NCBI GenBank assembly: GCA_963695555.1
Contig: CAVOGR010000005.1
Span: 320,001-384,000, forward strand
Origin: an uncultured Gemmatimonadales bacterium
GTDB lineage: Bacteria; Gemmatimonadota; Gemmatimonadetes; Gemmatimonadales; GWC2-71-9
Direction: 5' to 3'
Length of the DNA stretch: 64,000 bases
Shown in pieces: positions 53,562-64,000 of the stretch. How positions within the stretch are numbered: position 1 is the stretch's first letter; each line of letters begins with the position of its first letter. Under the pieces are notes generated by a model that was not told the DNA's origin, ran no database searches, and worked only from the letters and a program-made list of their open reading frames with translations. The translations under genes and the position numbers were made by a program.

Positions 53562-55648
53562 GCCGGTGCCGTGACGGGGAGCCGAACGGTGAACGTGCTG
53601 CCTTTGTCCGGCGCGCTGGCCACTTCGATGTCGCCGCCCATAAGCCGGCACAAGCGGCGGGAGATGGCGAGGCCGAGGCCGGTCCCGCCGAAACGCGCGG
53701 CGATGGACGCGTCCGCCTGCACGAACGCCTCGAACAGGCGGCCTGCCTGCTCCGGGGTCATGCCGATGCCGGTATCGGACACGGCGAAGGAAATCCAGTC
53801 GGTGTCCCGCGCGACGTCGAGGGTGATCGTTCCCTGCTCGGTGAACTTGGAAGCGTTGGACAGGAGGTTGAAGAGCACCTGGCGGATCCGGATCTCATCG
53901 GAGTGCATGGTGCCGGGATCGGCCGGGCAGCTCACTGCAAGGCGATTGGAATTGCGTTTCACCAGCGGCTCCACGGTGGCGGTCACCTCGTCGATCACCC
54001 GCTGCACCGGGAACGGTGCCGGTTGCACTTCGACCTTGCCAGCCTCGATCTTGGAGAGGTCGAGCACATCGTTGATCATCATGAGGAGGTGGCGACCGGC
54101 ACTGCGGATCCGGTCGAGATCCATCGTAAACCCCTCTACCTGACGCTCTTCGGCCTCCTCGCGCAACAGCTCGCTATAGCCGATGATGGCGTTGAGCGGG
54201 GTGCGCAACTCGTGGCTCATGCTGGCCAGGAATTGGGTCTTGGCGCGGTTGGCGGTCTCGGCGTCGTGGCGGGCCTTGGTCAGTTCGGTGATGTCGTGGT
54301 ACAGCGCCATGAGGCCGACCCGTTCGTCGCGCACCACCACCGGCACGGCCAGGATTTCGACGTCCACCATGGTCCGGTCCTTCCGGACCCGCCGTCCGGT
54401 GCCGTGAATGGCGCGGTCGGTGGCGGCCTGGGTGTAGGCCACTGCCTCCTTCCGCGTAGCTTCGGTGGTGATGAGCGGATCCAGGTCGCGGCCCAGCGCC
54501 TCGTCGGCGGCATAACCGAACAGCGACTCGAACGCCGGGTTGCACATCGTGATGCGCGCCTTCTGATCGAGCGTCACGATGGCCACCGGACTCTCGCGCA
54601 CCAGGGACTCGAAATAGGCCTGTTGGCGCTGCACGTCAGTGAACAGGCGCGCGTTCTCGATGGCGACGGCGACCTGCGGGGCAAACAGGTTGAGCAGCCG
54701 GAGGTCCTCGGGGCCGAATATCCGGTTCGGGTCAGAGTGGATGGTGGCGATCGCGCCAACCAGCCGTCGGCCGATCAAGAGCGGCGCGGCCATCACCGAG
54801 TGGACGCGGACGTCGGTGTACTTGGCCGACTGGCCCAGCCACTCGTGGTAACTCGGGATGATGATCGGCTCGAGGGTTTGCGCCACATGGCCCATGGCTC
54901 CCTCGCCTATCCTGAGGCGGGTGCCGGTCGAGTCTTTGCCGATGTTGGCGCTTGCCATGACGACGAGCTCGCCGGCCGGCTGGTCGAAGATCGCGACTTC
55001 GCCGCCGGTAACGCCGAGCAGCGCCACGGCCCGCTCGAGGACCACCTGGAGTACCCTGTTCAGCTCGAGGTCGCCGGCCAGCGCGGCCATCGAGTCGAGG
55101 AGGGCCGCGTGCTCGTCGGCGCGGCGGCGCTCCTCGGCCAGGAGCCGCACCCGGGCGAGCGCGATGCCCGCCTGGTCGGCCGCCGCGGTGAGGATCTCGA
55201 AGTCCTCCGGGCCGAACGCGTCGGGGGTGCTGCTCTCGACCACCAGCACGCCGACGGTGGCGTCATTCACCTTGAGCGGCACGTCCACCTCGGAGCCGCT
55301 GGCGAGGCTCGCGATGTAGTTCTTGTCGCTCCGAACGTCGGGGGTGTAGTTGAGCTTGCCGTCTTCGATGGCGCGGGCGGAGATGCCGGCGCCCGGGGCC
55401 ACTCGGAAGCCATCGTGGACCCCGGGCCAGCCGATCGACGCTTTCAGCACCCGCTCGCCGGTGGCGGGGTCGAGCAGGAACAGGCCGAGGAACTTGTAGC
55501 CCAGGGCCTCGTCGTGGAGGCCGCGAACGACGGCATTGAAGATTCCCGCCTCGTCGTGTGCCGCGGCGATGCCGGTCGACAGGCGCAGCAGCGCTGCCTG
55601 CCGGCGGGCAAGGTGGGAGAAACGGGCTTCATTCGACGTTTTGGACAT
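53558..55648 (-). CDS. GAF-GAF-PAS histidine kinase
   Basis: Two GAFs, [27 protein letters not shown]; no TM segments. Confidence 0.93.
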
Positions 55649-55709
55649 CCGGTAGTATATCGTCTCGGTGGCGAGCCGAATAGCCTGCCCCCCCGCACCC
55701 CCAGCCCCC

Positions 55710-55748
55710 GCTATTCGCTATCTGCTATCAGCTGTCTGCCGCTAGCTC
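55710..55748. repeat. Heptamer GCTATYN tandem repeats
   Basis: GCTATTC-GCTATCT-GCTATCA-GCTGTCT. Confidence 0.65.
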
Positions 55749-55936
55749 TTGGCTCTGGGTTGTCCGCCAATGACGCATTGCTGGGGCCCGCATACGGCAT
55801 AAGACACTGTCAGTTATGTCGTTCCAATGCCAATCTCGTGTATCACGTGAGGTTGGCTGTTGAGAGATTCGGCCCTCGAATAGGCGACACCCTTCCGCCT
55901 TGCGGGGTCGGGCAACGGGGTACCATCGTTGGCGTC

Positions 55937-56104
55937 ATGGAATTCCTCAACTTCCTCCTCATTCTCTGGCCGCCTGGCTGGTGTGGCGGCGGCCCGAGAA
56001 GGAGCGGCTCGCGTTCGGGCTGCTCGTGGTCGAGCTGCCTCCTCATGGCGCTCCTGTTCCTCATCGGCACGCATACGTCGTTCGTGCCGGGGGTGAACCT
56101 GTGA
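55937..56104 (+). CDS. Dba-like (DsbI-accessory) small membrane protein, frameshifted
   Basis: Reconstructed MEFLNFLLIL..AWLVWRRPEKERLAFGLLVV.SCLLMALLFLIGTHTSFVPGVNL; overlaps the dsbI-like start. Confidence 0.7.
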   Translation: MEFLNFLLILWPPGWCGGGPRRSGSRSGCSWSSCLLMALLFLIGTHTSFVPGVNL

Positions 56105-57580
56105 CGGCGTTCTCCGACGACCGGCTGCGCACCGTGCTCGCGTGGGTCGTGATCATCCTGATCGCGGGCCCCGTGGGCGGAGCGGTCTGGCTCGGCGTGG
56201 TGTACGGCGAGTCGCCCTGCATCCTGTGCTGGGCGCAGCGCACGTCGATGGTGCTGATCGCGCTCGTCGGGCTGTTCGTGCTCCGCTACGGTCCGCGCCC
56301 CCGCTACATCGGCATGGTGGTGCTGCTCGGCGCGTGGGGCGTCTTCATGTCGCTCCGCCACGCGGCACTGCACCTGGCACGCGACGTGGGCCAGGGCTTC
56401 GCTGCGCCCTACTTCGGCGCCCACACCTACGTGTGGTCCTGGTTCGTCCACTGGGTCGTGCTGGGAGTCGTCGGCGTTCTGCTGCTGCTGCTGCGTGAGG
56501 AGCCGGTCGGATCGGGCATGAGGGACCCAGGACGAGTGGGCCGCTTCGCCATGGGGCTGTTCGTCGTGGTAGTCGGCGCGAACGCGCTCCAGGCATTCGT
56601 CACGACCGGTCCACCCCCGTTCATCGGCCAGGCCGATCCGGTTCGCTTCTCGCTGAATCCCCGGCACTGGGTGTGGATGAACCACGACGAATTGGCAGGA
56701 CCGATCTCGCTGCGCGGGTCGTGGACCATTCCGCGGCCCGATCCCGCGTCAGTCGATGTCGACGCCGATCCGGCACACGGCCCACTCGCGAGATATGCCC
56801 GAGCTGCCTGTGCAGGCGTGGGAGCAGATCGGTGCGACGCTCGATGGCAACCTCACCGACCTGGCCCGCGATCCGGCTACCGGCCGGTACCTCGCCGTCA
56901 CCGATGGGTTCGGCGTCTACGTGCTCGACACGTCGCTCGCGCGGATCGAACAGCAGGTGGAGTTCGACCACCAGTACAGCATCGATCTCACGCCGCTCGC
57001 CGGCGCGGCGTTCGTGGGACGACACGCTGGCCGTGCTGGCCACCAACAAGAGCTACGTGCTGCTCCGGCCGGATCCCGCGGCCGACGCCGATCGCGAGTG
57101 GCGGCACTTTCGACGGACCAACGGCGGCGTCACCGAGCTGCGCCGGTCACGGTTCGCGACGGTGCGGGCCCGGCAGATGTACGTCTTGTCGCTCGCATAC
57201 GACGATCAGGCGCGGACGAGCTGATCACCGTGACCGTGCCGTCGCCACGGCACCGGCGGCTGGTGGTGTCGCGGTTCGCCCGCAACGACATGATGCTCAC
57301 GTCCGAGTTCCTGCCAGCGCTGGGGCCAGGACTCGCGGTTCGCGGCGACGATCGGTCGCTGGCGGAATACGTGGTGACGGGCGCCGCAGTGGTGGATGGG
57401 CTGCTCTACGCGATTAGTGCGGCGTACTCGACACTGCTCGTGATCGATCTCGACCAGCGGGCCGTGATCGCGGCGTACGCGGTGCCGGGGCTCGAGCATC
57501 CCGTGGGCCTCGCGGCGCGGGGGGCGGAGCTCCAGGTATCGCAGGCGGACGGGCGGATCGCTGTGATCGGGCGGCCGTGA
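56101..57580 (+). CDS. DsbB-family protein with C-terminal beta-propeller (DsbI-like), frameshifted
   Basis: SPCILCWAQR, HLARDVGQGF, GAHTYVW, GPPPFIGQADPVRF, then propeller-like segments in other frames. Confidence 0.8.
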
Positions 57581-57683
57581 GCGATCCTACCCACTGCCAC
57601 CTCGGCTAACCGCTATTGGCTATTGGTCATTCAGGCGCACGCCATCGGTGCGAAGTAACTGAGGTGACCCCTGGGGAATGGCT

Positions 57684-60364
57684 TTAGCGCCCTCCCACGT
57701 CGCGCAACGCCGTGAACCAGTTCAACACGACGATCGTCTCACTCGCGTCGTCCGGTTCATCCTGGCGGATCATGAGGAACCTCTGATCATCCTGCGAGAC
57801 GTCGAACGCGGGATCGAAGACGTTGGCCTTAAACCGGACGGCAGAAAACAGGACCTGCTGTCGGCGCACACTGAAGGTCGGCGTGGTCACGACCGCGGCG
57901 GCCATGAGGTCGCCGTCCCCGTTGCGGTAGAATAGTTCGCGACCCGAACGGGCCCACACGGGCTCGGTACCCCCGCTCCTGGAAACGCGAAACACTCCCG
58001 CGGTGACGTTGGGAAACGGGCGGACGTACACCTCATGCGATCCGCTCTCATCCGAGGTGTATGCCAGCCACCTCCGATCCGGGGACACCGCCGGTGTGAG
58101 CTCTTCCGCAGGCGTTGCGACCAGCGAGGTGACGGTCGTGTCGTGCCCCATGCGCGCCAGAAGAATGTCGCCGCTGCCGGGAGCCTGATTGTCGGTGCGA
58201 ACGACCAGGGTCGAATCGTCGATCGGCACGACCTCGAAGATCGGTCTTGACTCTGGCAGCGCCAGGCGCAGCGGGGTACCCGTTCCGTCAATCGGCTTCA
58301 CGAACACCGAAACGACATCATCTCGGTCCGATATGAAATACAGGGAACTCCCGACCGGGGACCAATTGCCCCGCCAGTTGAGCTGGCCCTGGAACGTGTG
58401 CCGGACGGGCTCCCCGCCTGCCACGGCTCTGGTCCACAGATGCCCACCCTCCTCCGACCCGCGATTCACCACGAATCGCGTGCCGTCGGGTGAGATCCTT
58501 GCGGTTCCCAGCGTTCCGTCGAGTTCGGGAGCTGCCGCTTCCTCAACCGCACCTGTCCTGGCAACCCACGTCAGGCGATCTATCACGCGCCGGCCTCGCC
58601 GGTATACCAGGGTGCCCGACTGCGACAGGACCATCCGGCCCGCTCCATACCTGGTGACTTCGACGCCCTGGATGAGCGCCACCGGGTCGCCCGTGACCTC
58701 GAGCCGATTCTGGTCGAACGGCGCCGCGAGCAATGTACCGTCGTCCTGGACGAACACGATGTGTCCTGATGGTGCATACCGCGCATACACGCCCTGGAAC
58801 AGCACCGTGACTGCCTGCCTGGCGAAGTCCACGACTCCGATGGCGTAGGCGGTGCGATCGCCTGACGCACTCGGGATCACGGTCAGGAGGGCGCCCTTCC
58901 CGTTGGGCAGCACGTCCACCCACGCATGGGTGCGCTCGCCGGGCCGAAGCGTGGTCACCCGCTCGCGCGTACCTCCCTCGGGTGGCATGCGCCAGATCCC
59001 ATCGATCATGCTGAGGTAGACCAGGCCATCGGGGCCCCAGTCGACGCCTCCGCCATAGAGCGTTGGATCTTGCAGACCCGAATCCGCGACGATTCGCGAA
59101 ATCCCGCCACGAAGGGAAACGACCTTCAGTTCGAGCGGGATCGTGAGGTACGCTAGCGACTGGCCGTCCGGCGCGAAGGTCAGACAGCAAATGACGTCAT
59201 CGGTCGACCGCACCGGCATCGCGTCGAGCCGATCACGCTCCCGCACGAGTATCTGCGCTCGCGAGCCAACCGCCCCAAGATAGGCAAACCGGCTCCCATC
59301 GTCGGAGATCGCCATGCCCGGGCCTGCCGGGGTCCCGCCCTCTCGTTCACCCATGAACTGGACCGCAAACTGTGACACCTCGGCGCTCGGGCTCGAATCC
59401 TTGTTCAGTGCCAGCACCAGGACCGCGATGACCAACGCGGCCGAGATGGCGGCGAGGATTCCGGTGGTGCGATTCCACCGACCGCCCGCGGCGCGGGCGG
59501 CGACGGCGGACGTGGTCGCACCCGCGAATGCCGGGTTCCGCAATGCCTCAACGAACGCCTTGGCACTCTCGAACCGATCGGCCGGCAGCTTCTCCAGCGC
59601 GGCAGCCACGGCGGCCGCCACGTTGGGTGGCACCGACTTCCGCGTGCTGCGTGACCGGCGCGGCCTCCTCGGTCACGATCTTCATGATGATCTGCTGCGC
59701 CGAGGCCCCCGTGTGCGGCGGGTTCCCGGTCAGCATCTCGTACAGTAACACTCCCCAACGAGTAGATGTCCGACCGCGCGGTGAGATCCTTGTCCGCCGT
59801 GGCCTGCTCGGGACTCATGTAGTGCGGCGTCCCGAGTGACAGCCCGGTCTCGGTCATCCGGCCGCCCGCCGCGGCACTCACGGCGAGTGCGATGCCGAAG
59901 TCGGCCACCATCGGCCGGCCGTCGTGGAGCAGGATGTTCTCGGGCTTGATGTCGCGGTGGATCACGCCATTACGGTGGGCATAGTCGAGCGCGTCGGCCA
60001 CTTCACCGGTGATCCGCACCGCTTCGTCGATGCCGAGCTGGGTCTCGCGGTCGAGTTTGTCGCGGAGCGTCTCGCCCTCGACGTAGGGCATGACGTAGTA
60101 GAGAAAGCCGTCGGCGGTGCCGGAGTCGAACAGCGGCAGGATGTGCGGGTGCTGGAGGTTGGCGGTGGTCTTGATCTCGACCACGAACCGCTCGGCCCCG
60201 AGCACGGCGGCCAGCTCGGGCTTCAGGACCTTGAGGGCCACCTTGCGATCGTGCTTCAGGTCCTCGGCCAGGTAGACGGTGGCCATGCCGCCCTGCCCCA
60301 GCTCCCGCTCGATCCGGTAGCGGTCGGCCAGGGCGGCCTTCAGGCGGTCTAGGGCGTCGGTCAC
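57684..60364 (-). CDS. Ser/Thr kinase - TM - TolB/PD40 beta-propeller (frameshifts near 59640-59750)
   Basis: GQGGMATVY, HRDIKPEN, DFGIA; TM; SPDG repeats; VVLNWF end. Confidence 0.9.
59581..60337. repeat. Near-identical kinase-domain repeat, copy A
   Basis: Long identical nucleotide runs shared with about 62246-62997. Confidence 0.85.
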
Positions 60365-63026
60365 CTGGCGGCCTCCTGCTCCTCGATCTGGGCAATCGCC
60401 CGGTCGACCCAGTTGGTGATGACCACGAGCTCCTCGCGCGCGGTGCCGCGTTTGAGCATCAGGAAACGCTGCCCGTCGGCCGACACGTCGTACTCGGGCC
60501 AGCGGGGCTGCTGAAAATAGGAGCCCGTGAACAGGGTGTCGCGCGTGGTCGGTACCAACAGAGCATTACGCTCGGTGAGCGCCGCGGCCACCAGTGCATC
60601 GCCGGTGCGGTAAAAGAGTTCGCCGCCCTGAGGGTTCCACTGTGGCTCGGTGCCGCCACCCGATGAGACCTGCGCCCGGCGACCGACATCTGGCCATGGT
60701 GTGATGTACACCTCGTTGACGCCCGAGGCATCCGAGATGTAGGCCATCCAGCGCCCGTCGGGGGAGATGGTGGGCGAACCCTCGTTGTCCGGGGTGACCA
60801 GCACGTCCGTGGGACCCCCGGACCCATCGAGCGGGATCGCCCCGATGTCCATGCCGTTCGTGGCAGTGTTGGTGCGGAAGAGCAGCGTACGGCCGTCAGG
60901 TGTGATGGCGTGCGGGAAGCGAAGCGCAGAGTCCGCGCCGGGCTGGATCTGCTCCGCATCGCCTCCGCCGTCGACCCGCTGGGTCCACAGACCGGCCAGG
61001 CCAGCACGCCGGGAGGTGAACACCAGGCGGCTCCCGTCGGGCGTCCAGATCGGGTAGAGGTTCTGGCTGCCGTTGGTGAGCCGGGTGCTCGTGCCGGACC
61101 GGGTATCGTGGATCCAGATGTCGCCGGAGATCCCGTCGACGATCTCCACAGCGATCCGGGTGCCGTCGGGCGACCACCGCGGGTCCTTGTATTCCGATGG
61201 CTCTAGCGGTAGGAGCCGTTCCCGGCCCTGGCGGGTCACCTCCACGACGGTACGGTCGCGCTCGCTGCCGGTGAGGTAGACCAAGGTGCCTGTCGCCGAC
61301 ACGGACAGAGTGGGCAGGCCGATAACCGTGAACTGGATGTCCTGGAGCACCGGGACCTCGCGGCCCACGAGCTGTAGCCGGTTCCGGTCGAATGCGGCAA
61401 TGGTCAGGACACCGTTTGGTTTACCGAGGAGGATGTATCGTCCATCTTTCGTCACGCGCGCGCCGACACCGCTGGCATTGATGTCGCGCACGTCGCCCGA
61501 CGTAGTCGAGATCGCTACGACTCTGCCCGATCCGGTCTCCCGTATCACCGAGGCTAGCAACCAGTCCTCCCCCGGGACCGCGTTCAGTTCGCTCAGCAGG
61601 CCCAGCGAGTCCGGCAGCGGGGCCTCGATCGGCGGAGCGTTGCCGTCTGACGGCACCCTGAACAGCGAATGAGACGCCTCGATGAGGTAGTAGATCATGC
61701 CGCTCGGTAACCAGACCAGGCCGTAGATCGAGGGCGACGGGCCAACGTCGGCGACCTTGACCGGTGGAGTTCCCCGGAGCGAGACCCGCTGCAGCGTCGT
61801 CCCCTGGCGGAAGAGGATCTCCCTGCCATCGGGGGAGAATAGCGGATCGAGCGCGTCCTCGGTTCCCTCGAGCACCCGGGCGTCGAGCTTCCTAATCTCG
61901 CGCACGACAAGGACCCGGCGACCTTCCCGCAGGCCGGAATAGGCGATCTGGCTGCCATCAGGCGAGATTGCGACTGCAGGACGGGTGACACCCGAGTAAT
62001 TCGGCGTTGTGACACCGGTCCCGCTGACAGTGAACGCGACACTCTCGCGGGCGGGCACCTCCGGACGGCCGAGGAAACCCCACATCCCGAAGCCGGTCCC
62101 GACGACGGCCAGTGCCAGGGCGCCGAAGACGACACGGCGCGAAACGGATGTCACTGCGGTGCGCATGCCGGTCATTGTGCGCCGGCTCGTGGTCCGAGCA
62201 TCACTGAGTGCCGCGGCGAATTCGGCCGCGGTGGCGAAGCGGTCCGCCGGCAGCTTCTCGAGCGCCGTGGCCACCGCGGCCGCCACGTTGGGCGGCACCG
62301 ACTTCCGCGCCTTGGTGACCGGCGCGGCCTCCTCGGTCACGATCTTCATGATGATCTGCTGGGCCGAGGCCCCCACGTGCGGCGGGTTCCCGGTCAGCAT
62401 CTCGTACAGGACACTCCCCAGCGAGTAGATGTCCGACCGTGCGGTGAGATCCTTGTCCGCCGTGGCCTGCTCGGGACTCATGTAGTGCGGCGTCCCGAGT
62501 GACAGGCCCGTCTCGGTCATCCGGCCGCCGGCCGCGGCACTCACCGCGAGTGCGATGCCGAAGTCGGCCACCATCGGCCGGCCGTCGTGGAGCAGGATGT
62601 TCTCGGGCTTGATGTCGCGGTGGATCACGCCATGACGGTGGGCATAATCGAGCGCGTCGGCCACTTCACCGGTGATCCTCACGGCTTCGTCGATGCCGAG
62701 CTGGGTCTCGCGGTCGAGCTTGTCGCGGAGCGTCTCGCCCTCGATGTAGGGCATGACGTAGTAGAGGAAGCCGTCGGCGGTGCCGGAGTCGAACAGCGGC
62801 AGGATGTGCGGGTGCTGGAGGCGGCGGTGGTCTTGATCTCGACCACGAACCGCTCGGCGCCGAGGACGGCGGCCAGCTCCGGCTTCAGGACCTTGAGGGC
62901 GACCTTGCGGTCGTGCTTCAGGTCCTCGGCCAGGTACACGGTGGCCATGCCGCCCTGCCCCAGCTCCCGCTCGATCCGGTAGCGGTCGGCCAGGGCGGCG
63001 GTCAGGCGGCCGAGCGGATCGCTCAT
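60361..63026 (-). CDS. Ser/Thr kinase - TM - TolB/PD40 beta-propeller (frameshift near 62820)
   Basis: Same kinase motifs; SPDG repeats; VITNWV end. Confidence 0.9.
62246..62997. repeat. Near-identical kinase-domain repeat, copy B
   Basis: Matches about 59581-60337. Confidence 0.85.
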
Positions 63027-64000
63027 CGTGAAGACTCCTCGAGCTTCTCGAGCTCCGCGCGCCAATTGAAGATCACGTCGAGGTCGCGGGTGCTCAGTCC
63101 TCCGAACGACGACACCATCAGGAACCGTTTGCCGTCGGGGTGCACGTCATAGCCGCGGTGATAGGCGTTCTGCATCAGGCCGGGCTCGGAGAACAGGCGT
63201 TGGGGTGTGCCATGCTCGAACTGACTTCCCGTATTGACCGGGACCGCGAACATCTCGCCGCGTGCCGTCCTGAAGAAGAGCTCGGCTCCATCGCGCCGCC
63301 ACAGCGGTTCCGTCCCCCCCCCACGGAGATGGCAAATCGCGCCGAGTCGACGTTGGGAAACGGTCGGACATATACCTCTGAGGCTCCCGATTCCTCCGAG
63401 ACGTACGCGAGCCAGCGGCCGTTGGGTGAGAGGACCATGGCGTAGTGATCGAACCGCGACTGGATGAGCGTCCGGGGGATCGTGTCCACGCCGTTCTCGA
63501 CCACCAGTAACCGCCGGCTGCCCGCTGCGGCGCCCTCCGATCGCAGCACCGTGTATCGACCGGACTGGTCGAGCTCGATTTCATCCAGCGGGGTGTTCCC
63601 GGGCGAGGCGGGGCGGGTGCTGTCGCTGCCGTCGGCGCGCCGTATCCATGCGGTCCGGCGATCGTTATGGGTCGCGAGGAAAGCAACCTTGCGACCATCG
63701 GGCGACCACACGGGGCGATCAGCATTGGTCACATCGAACGAGAGCCGGCTGTAGGCTCCCGTCCGCAGCTGCTTCACCCAGATTTCGCTCTCGCCGGATC
63801 CGGTTCGGGACACCGCGATTTGGGTCCCGTCGGGCGACAGCGCGAGATTCTGGACCAGGCCCGTTATGGTGGTGTCGACCGGCGACTGCTTGCCAGCCCG
63901 ATCCACCCAGACGAGGACGTCGCCACCCTCGGCCATCTGCTGGTAGAGCATCGTGCCGGTCTCGGAGACGGCGAACTGGACCGTGCCGTTGGACGCGTCG
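63023..64000 (-). CDS. C-terminal PD40 propeller of a probable third paralogous kinase (truncated; frameshift near 63320)
   Basis: LSPDG, WSPDG, EESGASEVYVRPFPNV, YDVHPDGKRFLM, VIFNW; ATGA overlap with the next gene; kinase half lies outside the window. Confidence 0.8.

Overview
High-GC bacterial chromosomal DNA. The gene content (Lpt system, many Hanks kinases with TolB/PD40 or TPR domains, LytS/LytTR-lipoprotein module) suggests Gemmatimonadota; this is an inference. Clustered frameshifts point to a long-read or metagenome assembly. Layout: (1) 1-11.6 kb, a + strand lptC-lptA/D-lptB-rpoN-glycosyltransferase-yfhO-ppm1-dapF operon. (2) A 28-bp XerC/D dif site at 11733-11760 flanked by DnaA-box-like 9-mers, with KOPS polarity flipping around it, so this is probably the replication terminus. 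(3) An accessory region with a dehydrogenase, a kinase, a di-heme peroxidase, adenine deaminase and a LytS/LytTR pair with tandem operator repeats. (4) The standout: a complete paeninodin-type lasso peptide cluster (28053-35113). Its 39-aa precursor is missing from the ORF track (core AGKGVQNDGQFELQS, C-terminal Ser). The cluster also encodes an HprK-like kinase, B1, B2, cyclase, ABC exporter and nucleotidyltransferase, and sits between acr3 and arsM-arsR. (5) A PEMT-PAP2-Lgt triple fusion and an N-formylglutamate amidohydrolase/QEGLA peptidase/ATP-grasp operon. (6) Three tandem GAF-PAS histidine kinases, a REC protein and a HisKA-REC-Ser/Thr kinase fusion. (7) A Campylobacter-like dba-dsbI pair. 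(8) A tandem array of at least 3 receptor Ser/Thr kinase genes; the two complete copies have near-identical kinase halves and divergent propellers.
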